Part shown: positions 27,854-38,603 of the stretch, piece by piece
How positions within the stretch are numbered: position 1 is the first letter of the stretch
Layout of the letters: every line of letters begins with the position of its first letter
Source: an uncultured Pseudomonadales bacterium
GTDB lineage: Bacteria > Pseudomonadota > Gammaproteobacteria > Pseudomonadales > Pseudohongiellaceae
Assembly: GCA_963925675.1 (NCBI GenBank)
Contig: CAWUSW010000034.1
Span: 2,895 to 66,894 of the forward strand
Direction of reading: 5' to 3'
DNA: 64,000 nucleotides
The notes under the pieces: generated by a model
Told to the model about the DNA's origin: nothing
Databases searched by the model: none
What the model saw: only the letters and a program-made list of their open reading frames with translations
Made by a program: the position numbers and the translations under genes

Positions 27854-27896
27854 TGGTAACTGTATTGGTGGCTATAGGTGGCTATATTGGTAACTG
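27854..27896. repeat. A-B-B-A direct-repeat block upstream of truA
   Basis: TGGTAACTG (27854-62), tatt, GGTGGCTATA (27867-76), GGTGGCTATA (27877-86), t, TGGTAACTG (27888-96). Confidence 0.7.
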
Positions 27897-27947
27897 GACT
27901 GCTAAATAGACAGGTAATAATCTTCAGCAGCATTCAGCTGGCCGGGG

Positions 27948-30900
27948 CTAGCCCCATTTTTCCAGAAGCTTTTTGGCTTCAGCAACCTGTTCTTCATTGC
28001 CTTCTGCTACCACTTCATTGAGGATTTCCTTCGCACCGTCTTTGTCACCCATGGCTTCATAAGCCACTGCGAGATCCAGCTTGGTCGAAGATTCATCGCT
28101 GTCAGATATTGGTTCATCACCTGTCTCAACAGCGTCATCTTCATCATCGATGATGAACAGACTGTCATCAATCTCTATATCTCCCAGGTCCAGATCATCG
28201 ATGGAATCACTGTCACTGGTAGCATCGTTATCAAGGATCACAATATCGCTTTCTTCGGCATTTATTTTATCCAATGCCGCTGTCAGTGAATCAAGGGACT
28301 CTTCTTCAGCAGGTTCTTCATCTAGTTCTTCATCTAGCTCTTCAACAACAGGTTCTTGTGCAGTAATTGACGCATCAGTGTCGAATGAAAATGTTTCCAG
28401 TTCTTCTGCCGAATCATCTGCGGACTGTTGAACCTCATCATCCTGCTTTTCTTCAAAGCTGGGAACAGCACTGACATTAAAATCCAGAGTTTCGACATCA
28501 GCATCTTCAACATTGCTTTCTTCAGGTTCTGCTGTGTCAGTTGAGTCTTTAACATTGAACTCAAAACTTTCCCTGTCTTCAGCAGTCTTATCATCTCCTG
28601 CTACTGGTGTACTTTCGCTGACAGCCTCGTCCAGAGAGAAATCAAAGACTTCCACATCTGACTCTTCTTCAGCATCATCAGAAAGGGTTTCAGTCTCTGA
28701 CGCATCATTCAGATCAAATTCAACAGCTTCGACTTCTTGAGCTGGCGTTTCAGCAAGTGTAGATTCGGTTTCAGCGTCTATACTTTTAATACTTTTAATA
28801 CTTTCAATACTGTCTGCACTGGTTGTGCTGTTAATATCGTCCATTACAAAGTCGCCCAGATCAAAGTCAACCTCGTCAGTTTCTTCAAGCTCTCCAGTTG
28901 CTGATTCATTTATATCTTCTATAGCTTCTTCTGGTTCAGCTGTTATTGCTTCTGCGTCTAAATCAAGATCGGAAAAGTCCAGAGTGTTAATATCTACTTC
29001 AGATTCTGTTGCGCCCTCAATAGGCTCAACGTCACTGTCATCTAGACTGTCAAGGTCATCCAGATCATCGAAGACAATTTCAGAAAGCTCCTCACCATTG
29101 GACTCGTCACTGGGTTCGTCAACGGATTCATCAATAAATTTTTCTAGCAGCGAATCTGCAGATTCAGCTTCAAGCTCTTCGCTGGCATCTGCTTCTGATT
29201 CCTCTGCAAATTCAGCGACGATTAAGTCATCCAGATCTTCATCGTTAATCTGCTCATCTTCGTCGTCAGGATATACGTCGTCCGACTCGGCAAGTGCATC
29301 ATCAGCGTCGATAGATATTGCATTGCTTTCATCTAATAAATCTTCGTCATCCTGTTCGTCATCCAAATCATCGAATTCATCATCGGCATAGTCTTCATCT
29401 TCATCGGATGAACGTCTGAACAGCCCTTTCAGCTTACTTATCAAGCCGCCTTCTTCATCGTCTTCATAGTCGTCTTCAGTTTCAGCAAGCTCTTTTTCGG
29501 TGAGCTCAGGTTCATCATCCTCATCATTTCCGCGTGACAACTTGGCTTTCTTAGCTGCTATAAAGCCTGCTGAGGCACCATCTGGCTCATAAACTTCGGC
29601 TCCACCTTGCAGAGCAACGTCCTCAAGGTCAAAACCATCAATGCCGTCATGGACAGGACGTCGACGCCAAACCAGAAAGCCTACAACCAACAATATAAGA
29701 CTAACCAGACTGGAAACCAGTACCAGAGTATTTTCAAACACTGAACTCAATTGCCCCATCAGTGAAGTGTCAGTTTGGGGTGGCTGTGCCGGAGTGTCTG
29801 CAATTGTTTGTTGCGCTTGAGCGGTAACATCTTCCGGGGCTTCATCAGCCCTGCTGGCCAGGTCAGCCTGGAGCTGGGCAAGACGCTCATCTTGCATAGC
29901 GATAATATTTTGCAGAATTTCAATTTGCTCTGTCAGCTCGCCAAATCGAGCCATTAGCTCCTGGTTTTCAAGCCTGGCGCGGTCCAGATTTTCTTCACTA
30001 ATTGCTAACTGATTTTCAAGGGCAGCGATAGTTTCTGCCATATCACTATCACCAGACAAGGAATCAGTGCCGTCTTCACCACTAAGAATGGTGAGTTCGT
30101 CCACACCCTGGGCATCATCTGCGCCCTGATTATTAATGAAGGCAAGAGGCTGTACCGAGACTGCCTGGTTTTGCAGTGCGATTTGCTCAAGAGCCTGCGA
30201 CTGATCAATGCTCTGAACGTCCTGAATTGACGGCATGCGTAGCACCTGCCCAACTCGTATCATGTTGATATTGTTATCAATGAAAGCATCAGGATTGGCA
30301 CGCTGTATTGCCAGCATGGTCTGCTCTACTGTAACGCTGGTGCCAGGACGATTTTGTGCTGCTATATCATAAAGTGTATTACCAGACGCGATAGTGACTG
30401 ACTCATTCGGCGCCTCATCTACTAAAGCGGCATCCAGCTCAGGTGCCGGTGCTGCGACAGCGATTTCTTCTTCTATTTCAGCAATCTCTTCAGCAACTGG
30501 TGCCGAAGCGGGCTCGGCTATTTCCTCGATGACATCTTCTACATCTTCAATGAGGTCTTCAGAGGTCTCCTCAATAACCGGAGTCTCTGGGACAGTGTTA
30601 CTCAATACTTGTGGCTGTGGCTCTGGTGTTGGTTCAGGAGCAGGTTCAGCTTCCCTGGCAGGAACCGGGGCTTGAGGGATATCCACAGGAACAACCTGTG
30701 GTTCAGTGCTGATAAAGTTAGGCAGGTCAATAAGCGCAGTATAATCACGCATCAAACGCCCATTAGGCCAGCGCACACTGATAACCATACTTAAGAAAGG
30801 TTCTACCACCGGGTCCATGCTGGTAAGGCGCAGGATGCCTTCCTGTGAATTGGAAATAATTATTTCCAGAGTAATGCCATCAATCAGGCCAATACGATCG

Positions 30901-31121
30901 ATATTGGCCCTTTCAAAATCCTCCAGACCACCAAGGCCCGCCTGAATCTGGCTGTTTGTCAGACCATCAAGACCAAGCAGCTGAATCGAGGCATCAAGTG
31001 GCTCATTGAGACTGGAATTGACCGTCAATTCACCAAGACCCACTGCCAATACATGACTGGCATGGAAAATCCCGGCAAAAAGGGTTAACAAGGCGAGGAG
31101 CTTTCTACATGTGGCCAGCAT
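27948..31121 (-). CDS. fimV: FimV-family peptidoglycan-binding protein (LysM, TM, hyper-acidic region, FimV C-terminal TPR-like domain)
   Basis: Signal peptide. LysM (TIASGNTLYDIAAQ...IRVGQVLRMPS). Coiled coil. TM helix (LVLVSSLVSLILLVVGFLVW). About 500 aa of D/E-rich sequence. Conserved end STKLDLAVAYEAMGDKDGAKEILNEV. Sits in the asd-fimV-truA context. Confidence 0.88.
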   Translation of the reverse strand: MLATCRKLLALLTLFAGIFHASHVLAVGLGELTVNSSLNEPLDASIQLLGLDGLTNSQIQAGLGGLEDFERANIDRIGLIDGITLEIIISNSQEGILRLTSMDPVVEPFLSMVISVRWPNGRLMRDYTALIDLPNFISTEPQVVPVDIPQAPVPAREAEPAPEPTPEPQPQVLSNTVPETPVIEETSEDLIEDVEDVIEEIAEPASAPVAEEIAEIEEEIAVAAPAPELDAALVDEAPNESVTIASGNTLYDIAAQNRPGTSVTVEQTMLAIQRANPDAFIDNNINMIRVGQVLRMPSIQDVQSIDQSQALEQIALQNQAVSVQPLAFINNQGADDAQGVDELTILSGEDGTDSLSGDSDMAETIAALENQLAISEENLDRARLENQELMARFGELTEQIEILQNIIAMQDERLAQLQADLASRADEAPEDVTAQAQQTIADTPAQPPQTDTSLMGQLSSVFENTLVLVSSLVSLILLVVGFLVWRRRPVHDGIDGFDLEDVALQGGAEVYEPDGASAGFIAAKKAKLSRGNDEDDEPELTEKELAETEDDYEDDEEGGLISKLKGLFRRSSDEDEDYADDEFDDLDDEQDDEDLLDESNAISIDADDALAESDDVYPDDEDEQINDEDLDDLIVAEFAEESEADASEELEAESADSLLEKFIDESVDEPSDESNGEELSEIVFDDLDDLDSLDDSDVEPIEGATESEVDINTLDFSDLDLDAEAITAEPEEAIEDINESATGELEETDEVDFDLGDFVMDDINSTTSADSIESIKSIKSIDAETESTLAETPAQEVEAVEFDLNDASETETLSDDAEEESDVEVFDFSLDEAVSESTPVAGDDKTAEDRESFEFNVKDSTDTAEPEESNVEDADVETLDFNVSAVPSFEEKQDDEVQQSADDSAEELETFSFDTDASITAQEPVVEELDEELDEEPAEEESLDSLTAALDKINAEESDIVILDNDATSDSDSIDDLDLGDIEIDDSLFIIDDEDDAVETGDEPISDSDESSTKLDLAVAYEAMGDKDGAKEILNEVVAEGNEEQVAEAKKLLEKWG
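28781..28811 (-). repeat. in-frame 9-bp tandem repeat inside fimV (SIK/SIE tripeptides)
   Basis: tacttttaa tacttttaa tactttcaa tact... encodes ..DSIESIKSIKSIDA.. on the minus strand. Confidence 0.75.
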
Positions 31122-31198
31122 AGACCTTCCCGATTTTGGTGATTTAGAACGTTAAGGTTATTGCAGAAACTTTTTTAAGATTTCGTCGCAAGTATCCA

Positions 31199-32221
31199 TT
31201 AGATATAGTCTTTTATCAATACTTCTGCTATCTGAATTGAGTTCAAAGCCGCCCCTTTTCGTAAATTATCAGACACAATCCACAAATTCAGACCATTAGG
31301 GTGCGATATATCATTACGAATACGCCCAACCCATACCTCATCATGATCCGTTCCCTGGCCAATCGGCGTTGGATAACCGCCATTTTCACGGCTGTCCATG
31401 ACTTTTACGCCAGGTGCTTTTTCCAGCAAGGCCCTGGCATCATCCGCAGTAATCTTGTCCCTTGTCTCGATATGCACCGCTTCGGAGTGGGAATAGAACA
31501 CTGGAACCCTTACACAGGTAGGGTTTACCTGTATTTCATCGTCTTCAAAGATCTTTTTGGTCTCCCAGACCATTTTCATCTCTTCCTTGGTGTAGCCGTT
31601 GTCCATGAACACATCACACTGCGGTATTACATTGAAAGCGATCTGGCGAGGATAAACCTCAATATCAGGATCTTTGCCACTCAACAGTTTGGCGGTCTGA
31701 CCAGCCAGTTCATCAATAGCCTTTTTACCAGTGCCAGAAACCGCCTGATAAGTGCAAACATTGATCCTTTTTATCCCGACAGCATCCTTGATTGGCTTCA
31801 GAGCCACCATCATTTGGATGGTAGAGCAGTTTGGATTCGCAATAATATTGGTCTTGGTGTACTGAGCAATGGCATGGGCATTAACTTCAGGCACAATCAG
31901 TGGAATATCTTCTTCATAGCGAAACTGGGATGTGTTGTCGATTACCACACAACCAGCAGCACCTGCTTTAGGCGCATAGACAGCAGAAACGCTGGCTCCT
32001 GGTGAAAACAGGCCTATTTGTGCCTTGCTGAAATCAAAATCAGCAAGGTTTTCAACAAGATAATGCTTTTTGTTATAGGTAATTTTTTCTCCTGCACTGC
32101 GCTCACTGGCAAGCAGGTAAAGGTTGTCTACAGGGAATTTGCGCTGCTCCATGATGCTCAGCATTGTGCGCCCTACGGCACCAGTAGCGCCTACAACGGC
32201 CACGTTATAAAGCTTACTCAT
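31199..32221 (-). CDS. asd: aspartate-semialdehyde dehydrogenase family protein (short USG-1/Asd2 subtype)
   Basis: VGATGAVG Rossmann motif and active-site IIANPNCSTIQM. 340 aa. Closely resembles the usg-type paralogue that precedes truA in enterics. I cannot decide from sequence alone whether it is the functional Asd. Confidence 0.8.
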   Translation of the reverse strand: MSKLYNVAVVGATGAVGRTMLSIMEQRKFPVDNLYLLASERSAGEKITYNKKHYLVENLADFDFSKAQIGLFSPGASVSAVYAPKAGAAGCVVIDNTSQFRYEEDIPLIVPEVNAHAIAQYTKTNIIANPNCSTIQMMVALKPIKDAVGIKRINVCTYQAVSGTGKKAIDELAGQTAKLLSGKDPDIEVYPRQIAFNVIPQCDVFMDNGYTKEEMKMVWETKKIFEDDEIQVNPTCVRVPVFYSHSEAVHIETRDKITADDARALLEKAPGVKVMDSRENGGYPTPIGQGTDHDEVWVGRIRNDISHPNGLNLWIVSDNLRKGAALNSIQIAEVLIKDYI

Positions 32222-32281
32222 TTGTTGTCCTTCAACAGCCGAAAAGGCTATAAAATTGTTTTAAATTAGAGGCTTATTAAT

Positions 32282-32923
32282 TTATCTGGAAAAAAGCCAG
32301 GGTGACTTCTGTTTCCAGGATGCCTCAAAACCTTGGATATGCTGCTCATTCTGCAAAGTCATGGAAATATCATCCAGACCATTGAGTAGAATGTTTTTAC
32401 GGGAATCCTCAATTTCAAAGGCAATTTTCTCACCCGCTGGCGTAGTGATTGTCTGGGACGGTAAATCCACCGCCAGACGATAGCCCTCATTTTGGTATGT
32501 GTCAGTGAATAATTTTTCTATAACATTCTCTTCTAAAACAATGAGTAATATTCCATTCTTAACGCAATTATTGAAGAAAATATCTGCATAACTTGGGGCA
32601 ATCACACAACGAAAACCATAGTCATCAAGCGCCCAGGGCGCATGCTCGCGACTAGAGCCACAACCAAAATTTTCTCGTGCCAGCAAAATGGACACGCCCG
32701 CATAACGCGCCTGATTCATTACAAAGTCAGGATTTATGGGCCTGCCAGAACAATCTGCATCCGGTAAGCCTTTATCCAGGTATCTGGCCTCGTCAAACAG
32801 ATTCTTGCCAAATCCGGTACGCTTGATGGACTTAAGAAACTGTTTTGGAATAATGTAATCGGTATCTACATTAGACCTGTCCAGGGGTAAAACCAAGCCA
32901 TCTTCTGATATAAACTTCTTCAT
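32282..32923 (-). CDS. leuD: 3-isopropylmalate dehydratase small subunit
   Basis: 213 aa with [15 protein letters not shown]. Follows leuC. Confidence 0.93.
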   Translation of the reverse strand: MKKFISEDGLVLPLDRSNVDTDYIIPKQFLKSIKRTGFGKNLFDEARYLDKGLPDADCSGRPINPDFVMNQARYAGVSILLARENFGCGSSREHAPWALDDYGFRCVIAPSYADIFFNNCVKNGILLIVLEENVIEKLFTDTYQNEGYRLAVDLPSQTITTPAGEKIAFEIEDSRKNILLNGLDDISMTLQNEQHIQGFEASWKQKSPWLFSR

Positions 32924-32946
32924 CTTTATTCTCTATCTGTTTGTTT

Positions 32947-34374
32947 TTACAGTAATTCTATCTCTCTAACATCGACAAAATGTCCATGTACTGCTGCTGC
33001 AGCGGCCATAGCCGGGCTCACCAGATGGGTTCTGCCCCCAAAGCCCTGACGGCCTTCAAAGTTGCGATTTGACGTCGAAGCGCAATGTTCACCTTCGCCC
33101 AACTGATCCGCATTCATGGCCAGGCACATAGAACAACCAGGTTCCCGCCATTGCAGACCTGCTTCGATGAATATTTTGTCCAGTCCTTCCAGCTCTGCCT
33201 GTGCCTTGACAAGTCCAGAGCCCGGTACTACCAGAGCCTCCTTGATATTGTCAGCTACTTTACGGCCATTCACCACTGCCGCAGCGGCTCGTAGATCCTC
33301 AATACGGGAGTTTGTGCAAGAACCGATAAATACCCGGTCCAGCATGATATCTGTAATCGCTGTACCTGCCTCAAGGCCCATGTATTTCAAGGCTTGTTGG
33401 TAGTTATTGCGTTTGCTTTCGTTAGTCAGGTCGGCAGGGTTTGGCACCTTGCCGGTGACCGGAGCTACCATTTCCGGTGATGTACCCCAGCTCACTTGTG
33501 GAACAATTTCTGCGGCATCAAGATTAACCACAGCATCAAATTCAGCACCTTCATCACTAACCAGTCCGCGCCATGCAGCCTCTGCCTGGTTCCATAATTC
33601 ACCCGTTGGTGCAAAGGGGCGTCCTTTCACATAGTCGATTGTCTTTTCATCTACTGCAACTATCCCTGCGCGAGCACCTGCCTCAATCGCCATATTGCAG
33701 ACTGTCATACGTCCTTCAACGGAAAGTGAGCGAATGGCATCGCCACCAAACTCGATAGTGTAGCCAGTACCGCCAGCGGTACCGATATGGCCAATAATGG
33801 CCAAAACCACATCTTTTGCGGTAATACCTGGTTTCAACTGCCCATTAACACTCACCAGCATGTTCTTCGCTTTTTTCTGAACCAGGCATTGTGTCGCCAG
33901 AACATGCTCTACCTCGGAAGTCCCTATGCCATGTGCTAATGCACCCAATGCACCATGAGTAGAGGTATGGGAGTCGCCACAGACGATGGTCATGCCTGGC
34001 AGGGTTCTGCCCTGCTCCGGGCCTATAACGTGGACGATCCCGTGTCTAGGATCATCAATTTCAAACTCATCGATACCAAATTCATGACAATTGCTGTCCA
34101 GTGATTTCACCTGAATTTTTGATACCGGATCGATAATCCCTTCAACCCCTCTGGAGCGCTCCTCAGTAGTGGTGGGGACATTATGGTCAGGCGTAGCCAT
34201 ATTGGCATCGGCACGCCGTGGGCGCCGGCCAGCAATACGCAAACCTTCAAAAGCCTGAGGTGAAGTGACTTCGTGGAGGAAATGCAGATCTATATAGATC
34301 AGGGAAGTGCCATTATCCTGATTTTTGACAAGATGAGATTCCCATAATTTATCGTATAAAGTTTTACCGGGCAT
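32947..34374 (-). CDS. leuC: 3-isopropylmalate dehydratase large subunit
   Basis: [23 protein letters not shown] and [11 protein letters not shown] Fe-S ligand motifs. 475 aa. Confidence 0.95.
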   Translation of the reverse strand: MPGKTLYDKLWESHLVKNQDNGTSLIYIDLHFLHEVTSPQAFEGLRIAGRRPRRADANMATPDHNVPTTTEERSRGVEGIIDPVSKIQVKSLDSNCHEFGIDEFEIDDPRHGIVHVIGPEQGRTLPGMTIVCGDSHTSTHGALGALAHGIGTSEVEHVLATQCLVQKKAKNMLVSVNGQLKPGITAKDVVLAIIGHIGTAGGTGYTIEFGGDAIRSLSVEGRMTVCNMAIEAGARAGIVAVDEKTIDYVKGRPFAPTGELWNQAEAAWRGLVSDEGAEFDAVVNLDAAEIVPQVSWGTSPEMVAPVTGKVPNPADLTNESKRNNYQQALKYMGLEAGTAITDIMLDRVFIGSCTNSRIEDLRAAAAVVNGRKVADNIKEALVVPGSGLVKAQAELEGLDKIFIEAGLQWREPGCSMCLAMNADQLGEGEHCASTSNRNFEGRQGFGGRTHLVSPAMAAAAAVHGHFVDVREIELL

Positions 34375-34429
34375 TTTATTTCTCTTAATTTACAGCATGT
34401 TACTGATTATATTTAACTTAATTTCTTTT

Positions 34430-35527
34430 TTATCTCTGTGCTGGAATTCGTGGCGTTATTGAGTTTACCATGCCATTTTGCGCCCGCTGCCTGAGAAGAT
34501 GATCCATCAACACAATAGCCAGCATGGCTTCAGCGATTGGGGTTGCCCTGATGCCCACACAGGGGTCATGCCTGCCGGTGGTCACCACTTCTGCGGACTT
34601 ACCGTGAATATCCACGGTTTCTCCAGGAATACGTATACTCGACGTAGGCTTGAGAGCGATATGCGCGATAATATCCTGGCCAGAACTGATGCCACCAAGC
34701 ACACCGCCTGCATTATTGCTATGAAAGCCCTCTGGGCTGATCAAATCCCGATGAATGGAGCCTTTTTGTGCCACAGAATCAAATCCCGCGCCTATCTCCA
34801 CACCCTTAACTGCATTGATACTCATTAATGCATGGGCCAGTTCGGCATCCAGACGATCAAACACTGGCTCTCCCAGCCCCGGCGGCACACCAGTGGCGAC
34901 AACCGATATTTTAGCGCCAATTGAATCGCCTTCTTTGCTGAGAGCCGCCATATACTCAGCCATTTCGTCCACTTTGGTCGGATCAGGGCAGAAAAATGGA
35001 TTATTTCCAACTTCATTCCAGTCGATCAGCTCAGCCTTGATCGGCCCAAGCTGGGAAAGATACCCTCGCACCAGAATACCTTCACTATCCTGCAGGTATT
35101 TCTTGGCTATTGCACCGGCAGCAACACGCATGGCAGTTTCTCTGGCCGAAGAACGTCCGCCGCCTCGATAATCGCGAACGCCATACTTCTGTTGATAAGT
35201 GTAATCCGCATGAGCCGGCCGAAATAGATCCTTTATATTGCCGTAATCCTTGCTCTTCTGATCCTGATTTTCAATGATCATGCCAATTGGTGTACCCGTA
35301 GTCTTCCCTTCGAATACTCCGGAGAGGATCTTAACTTTGTCCTCTTCCTTACGCTGGGTAGTAAAACGGCTTGACCCTGGCTTGCGACGGTCAAGATCCG
35401 CCTGCAGATCTTCTTCGCACAGGGCCAACCCTGGCGGGCAGCCATCCACAATACAGCCAAGAGCTGGCCCATGACTTTCGCCAAAGGAGCTCACGGTAAA
35501 TAACTTGCCTATAGAATTGCCTGACAT
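34430..35527 (-). CDS. aroC: chorismate synthase
   Basis: [33 protein letters not shown]-like PAHADYTY, and GRHDPCVG. Confidence 0.95.
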   Translation of the reverse strand: MSGNSIGKLFTVSSFGESHGPALGCIVDGCPPGLALCEEDLQADLDRRKPGSSRFTTQRKEEDKVKILSGVFEGKTTGTPIGMIIENQDQKSKDYGNIKDLFRPAHADYTYQQKYGVRDYRGGGRSSARETAMRVAAGAIAKKYLQDSEGILVRGYLSQLGPIKAELIDWNEVGNNPFFCPDPTKVDEMAEYMAALSKEGDSIGAKISVVATGVPPGLGEPVFDRLDAELAHALMSINAVKGVEIGAGFDSVAQKGSIHRDLISPEGFHSNNAGGVLGGISSGQDIIAHIALKPTSSIRIPGETVDIHGKSAEVVTTGRHDPCVGIRATPIAEAMLAIVLMDHLLRQRAQNGMVNSITPRIPAQR

Positions 35528-35633
35528 GATTTTAAGATGAAAATTAGCTGATAAAAAAGGCGCGCATTATAACGCATCAATTCCGGATATGTTACTGAAA
35601 AATCCAGTCAATCCGGTGATTTAGCCCACTTAT

Positions 35634-36527
35634 TTAATGCTTGTTTTGGAAATGCTCACGTAATTGTTTAGCGTTTATTGCAGCAACTCCTTCACCACCC
35701 TCTTCAAAATCAAGCCAGAGGAATGGTACCTGAGGCAATGCTTTTTCCAGATCCGGCCAGGTATAGCCGGTTTCGAGGATTAATAGCCCTTTGTCACGTA
35801 AATGAGAGCCTGTTTCCTTAAGTATCTGCACAGGGATACCCAGACCTTGCTGCTCGCTTACCAGTCCAAGTGCAGGCTCTGCATGGTATTCGTGGGGCAA
35901 AGCCAGATATTCATCCCGAGGTACATAGGGAGGATTGGATACGATCAGATCAAAATTTTCTGTAATTTGCTGATAAAGATCACTGTGCCGGACTGACACT
36001 CTTTCTTCCAGGCCAAAGCGCTTTATATTAATTTCCGCCACAGCCAGAGCTTCTGTCGATATATCTGCCAATATTACCCTACTATCGGGAAATGCCAGGG
36101 CACAGGCCAGGCCTATACAGCCACTGCCACAGCAAAGATCAAGAATAGTCTCAGGGACTTCCTTCAGAAGAGGCTCAAAACTATGATTTATCAGTTCAGC
36201 AATGGGTGATCTGGGGACCAGAACGCGCTCATCAACATAAAAACAGTAGCCGGCAAACCAGGCTTCCTGCAACAGGTAGGCCAGTGGCACCTTACCACTG
36301 ATGCGTTTAGCCAGCAGCTCATTAATTCTGTTCATCTGGGGCGCCGTAATGCACGTTTGCCCAGTGATCTTTTCTACGCCATCAGCCGTAAGTACAGAGG
36401 TGAGAAGCCATTGCGCTTCCGACCAGGAATTGTCAGTGCCATGTCCGTAATAAAGGTCATGTGACGATAATTCATACTCAATCTGCTTGATACAATCATT
36501 GACGTTCATTGGTAGTGCGTTTTTCAC
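35634..36527 (-). CDS. prmB: 50S ribosomal protein L3 N5-glutamine methyltransferase
   Basis: SAM motif LDLCCGSGCIG and IVSNPPYV. Size and the aroC-adjacent position fit PrmB/YfcB. Confidence 0.8.
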   Translation of the reverse strand: MKNALPMNVNDCIKQIEYELSSHDLYYGHGTDNSWSEAQWLLTSVLTADGVEKITGQTCITAPQMNRINELLAKRISGKVPLAYLLQEAWFAGYCFYVDERVLVPRSPIAELINHSFEPLLKEVPETILDLCCGSGCIGLACALAFPDSRVILADISTEALAVAEINIKRFGLEERVSVRHSDLYQQITENFDLIVSNPPYVPRDEYLALPHEYHAEPALGLVSEQQGLGIPVQILKETGSHLRDKGLLILETGYTWPDLEKALPQVPFLWLDFEEGGEGVAAINAKQLREHFQNKH

Positions 36528-36652
36528 AGATTGACTTTACCCGCTAATAAGAATCGCGTAGGGTGCGCAGTTTACTCGTAATCGGTGGCCAGAAACAGCG
36601 AAACAGCCACTACTGAAGAACTATTAAAACAACAGGAAATAGCGAAATCCCT

Positions 36653-37207
36653 ATGCAAGACAAGACCTTAGAGAAGGCCTATGCCTCTATCATTGAATCT
36701 GTTGGCGAAGACCTGGACCGACCTGGTCTCAAAGACACTCCTTCCAGAGCGGCCAAGGCTATGCAGTTTTTGACCCAGGGATATAACCAGGACATTAACG
36801 AAATAGTGAATAACGCCCTCTTCCCCACCACCTCCAATGAAATGGTGATTGTGAAGAATATTGAGCTTTATTCTCTCTGTGAACATCACCTGCTGCCTTT
36901 TATCGGCAAATGCCATGTGGCCTACTTACCCTGTGATACAGTGCTTGGGCTATCCAAAGTCGCCAGGATAGTAGATGTCTTCGCGCGCCGCTTGCAAATC
37001 CAGGAACACCTAACCCAGCAGATTGCAGAAACTATTCTGGAAATCACCAATGCCCGTGGCGTCGGAGTGATAATCGAATCCCAGCATATGTGCATGATGA
37101 TGCGTGGCGTAGAAAAACAGAATTCAGTGATGACAACCTCCTGCATGCTCGGCGCATTCAGGGATAAACAGGGTACTCGCTCAGAATTTCTTTCTCTGAT
37201 CAGCTAG
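36653..37207 (+). CDS. folE: GTP cyclohydrolase I (FolE type 1)
   Basis: [20 protein letters not shown] and [12 protein letters not shown] motifs. 184 aa. Confidence 0.93.
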   Translation: MQDKTLEKAYASIIESVGEDLDRPGLKDTPSRAAKAMQFLTQGYNQDINEIVNNALFPTTSNEMVIVKNIELYSLCEHHLLPFIGKCHVAYLPCDTVLGLSKVARIVDVFARRLQIQEHLTQQIAETILEITNARGVGVIIESQHMCMMMRGVEKQNSVMTTSCMLGAFRDKQGTRSEFLSLIS

Positions 37208-38060
37208 CTGGGTCTGGGTCTGCATCCAGAAACGGCCTAATCCTTCGAGCAATCAGGTCTATGTCACCATCAAGATGTTGATGGTGACCACCGGATAAAG
37301 CCTCAACCTGTATATTCCCAACCATCGCAATGCGTTTGTCGATAGCGTCTTTTCCTAGAACAGCTTGCTGTGAAGTGACTAAAAGAACCGGGCAGGATGT
37401 CGCCTCTAAAAATGGGCGCACCTGATCGTCGCTCATACTAAGCAAACTTTTACGGGTCAAACGCTGGTCATGTTGCCAGTAATAACCACTAGCTGACTCA
37501 CCAATACCACGAATCCCCAATAAGCTTGCAGCTTCAAGGTCAAGCCCTTTTCTTGCCCGGGCAGCTATGGCGTCTTCACGACTGCTATAAAACCCGGGTT
37601 TACGAAGCACTTTTTTAAAACGCTGTTTGAGTGCTGTACGCATTTGTTCCAATGCTTTATCAGCAGGAGTAGTAATTGTCCCAATGACATCAAGCAGAAT
37701 CAGCTTCCTGATTCTTTCCGGGAAAAGAGCAGCCAACAAGTTTGCAATCCCTCCGCCCATGGAGTGTCCAATCAGATAGAAATGATCCAGACCCATCGCA
37801 TCAGCCAATGCCATGACGTCTGCACAATAACTCCAGATGCTATAGTCAGCAGCTTTGCCTCTATGCTCGGACAATCCATGCCCGGGCAGGTCAGGGACTA
37901 TCCAGTAATAGTCGGGAAAATGCGGGATTAATTTATCAAATGTTGCGGCATTATCTTGCCAGCCGTGCAGCGCAAGTATTGCCGGCTTGGCAGAATCGCC
38001 CCAGGTTTTTACTGCAAGGCTGAGTTCACCCGTGCTGACAGTTCTGTCAATGATTTGCAT
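37200..38060 (-). CDS. alpha/beta-fold hydrolase
   Basis: [10 protein letters not shown], nucleophile elbow LIGHSMGG, and a C-terminal GGHHQH histidine region. Substrate unknown. Confidence 0.75.
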   Translation of the reverse strand: MQIIDRTVSTGELSLAVKTWGDSAKPAILALHGWQDNAATFDKLIPHFPDYYWIVPDLPGHGLSEHRGKAADYSIWSYCADVMALADAMGLDHFYLIGHSMGGGIANLLAALFPERIRKLILLDVIGTITTPADKALEQMRTALKQRFKKVLRKPGFYSSREDAIAARARKGLDLEAASLLGIRGIGESASGYYWQHDQRLTRKSLLSMSDDQVRPFLEATSCPVLLVTSQQAVLGKDAIDKRIAMVGNIQVEALSGGHHQHLDGDIDLIARRIRPFLDADPDPAS

Positions 38061-38078
38061 AACTTTTCCTGGCTGGAA

Positions 38079-38564
38079 TCAGGAGGATAGCGCTTTTGCA
38101 GTATCAGGTGTGAGAATGAATGGACAGGTTCCCATACCTAGTCCCACAATATCCAGTGCGACACAGGCCAGGTTTCCTGTTTCAAGAATCAGCAGGTCAT
38201 CAACATTGCCATTTGTTAACAGTGCAAGCAATTCCGAAAGAATTGGGTTATGGCTCACCAGAAGAATATTTTCATCAGTACTATTACCCAAAAACTCAAT
38301 CGCCTGAGCCGCCCGTTGATTGGGACTCAACAAGCCTACTGTGACAGGCTCGGGAGGATCAAAGATCAGTGATAAAAAGGTTTTGGCAGTTTGTTGTGCC
38401 CGGAGTGAAGGACTGACAAAACAGCGATCAATTTTAAGGTTCCGTGATGCAAACTGTCTTGCCACACTGGCAATTTCTTCATGGCCTGCTTCAGTGAGCT
38501 GTCTGCCGTCATTAGACGTCGCGCTGGGTTCGGCATCTCCATGCCGCAACAAAAATAAATTCAT
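38079..38564 (-). CDS. sixA: phosphohistidine phosphatase SixA
   Basis: LFLLRHGDAE catalytic RHG motif, SPSLRAQQTA and LVSHNP. 161 aa. Confidence 0.82.
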   Translation of the reverse strand: MNLFLLRHGDAEPSATSNDGRQLTEAGHEEIASVARQFASRNLKIDRCFVSPSLRAQQTAKTFLSLIFDPPEPVTVGLLSPNQRAAQAIEFLGNSTDENILLVSHNPILSELLALLTNGNVDDLLILETGNLACVALDIVGLGMGTCPFILTPDTAKALSS

Positions 38565-38603
38565 ACTTCAAACTTCGTTTATTGGATAAATCAAATTTAC
38601 TAA

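Noticed and set aside
27941-27952. Palindrome GGGGCTAGCCCC at the fimV stop as a terminator
   Set aside because: Only a 4-bp stem with a 4-nt loop is possible. It overlaps the last codons (W G stop), and no U-tract follows on the transcribed strand.
28081-29391. Ser-rich + strand ORFs (116, 75 and 188 aa) and other small ORFs inside fimV
   Set aside because: They are reverse-complement readings of GAA/GAT-rich acidic coding DNA, which gives TCx Ser codons. They are an artefact of the fimV acidic region.
31301-32005. 234-aa + strand ORF
   Set aside because: It is antisense to the asd/usg-type gene, which has unmistakable motifs. No support.
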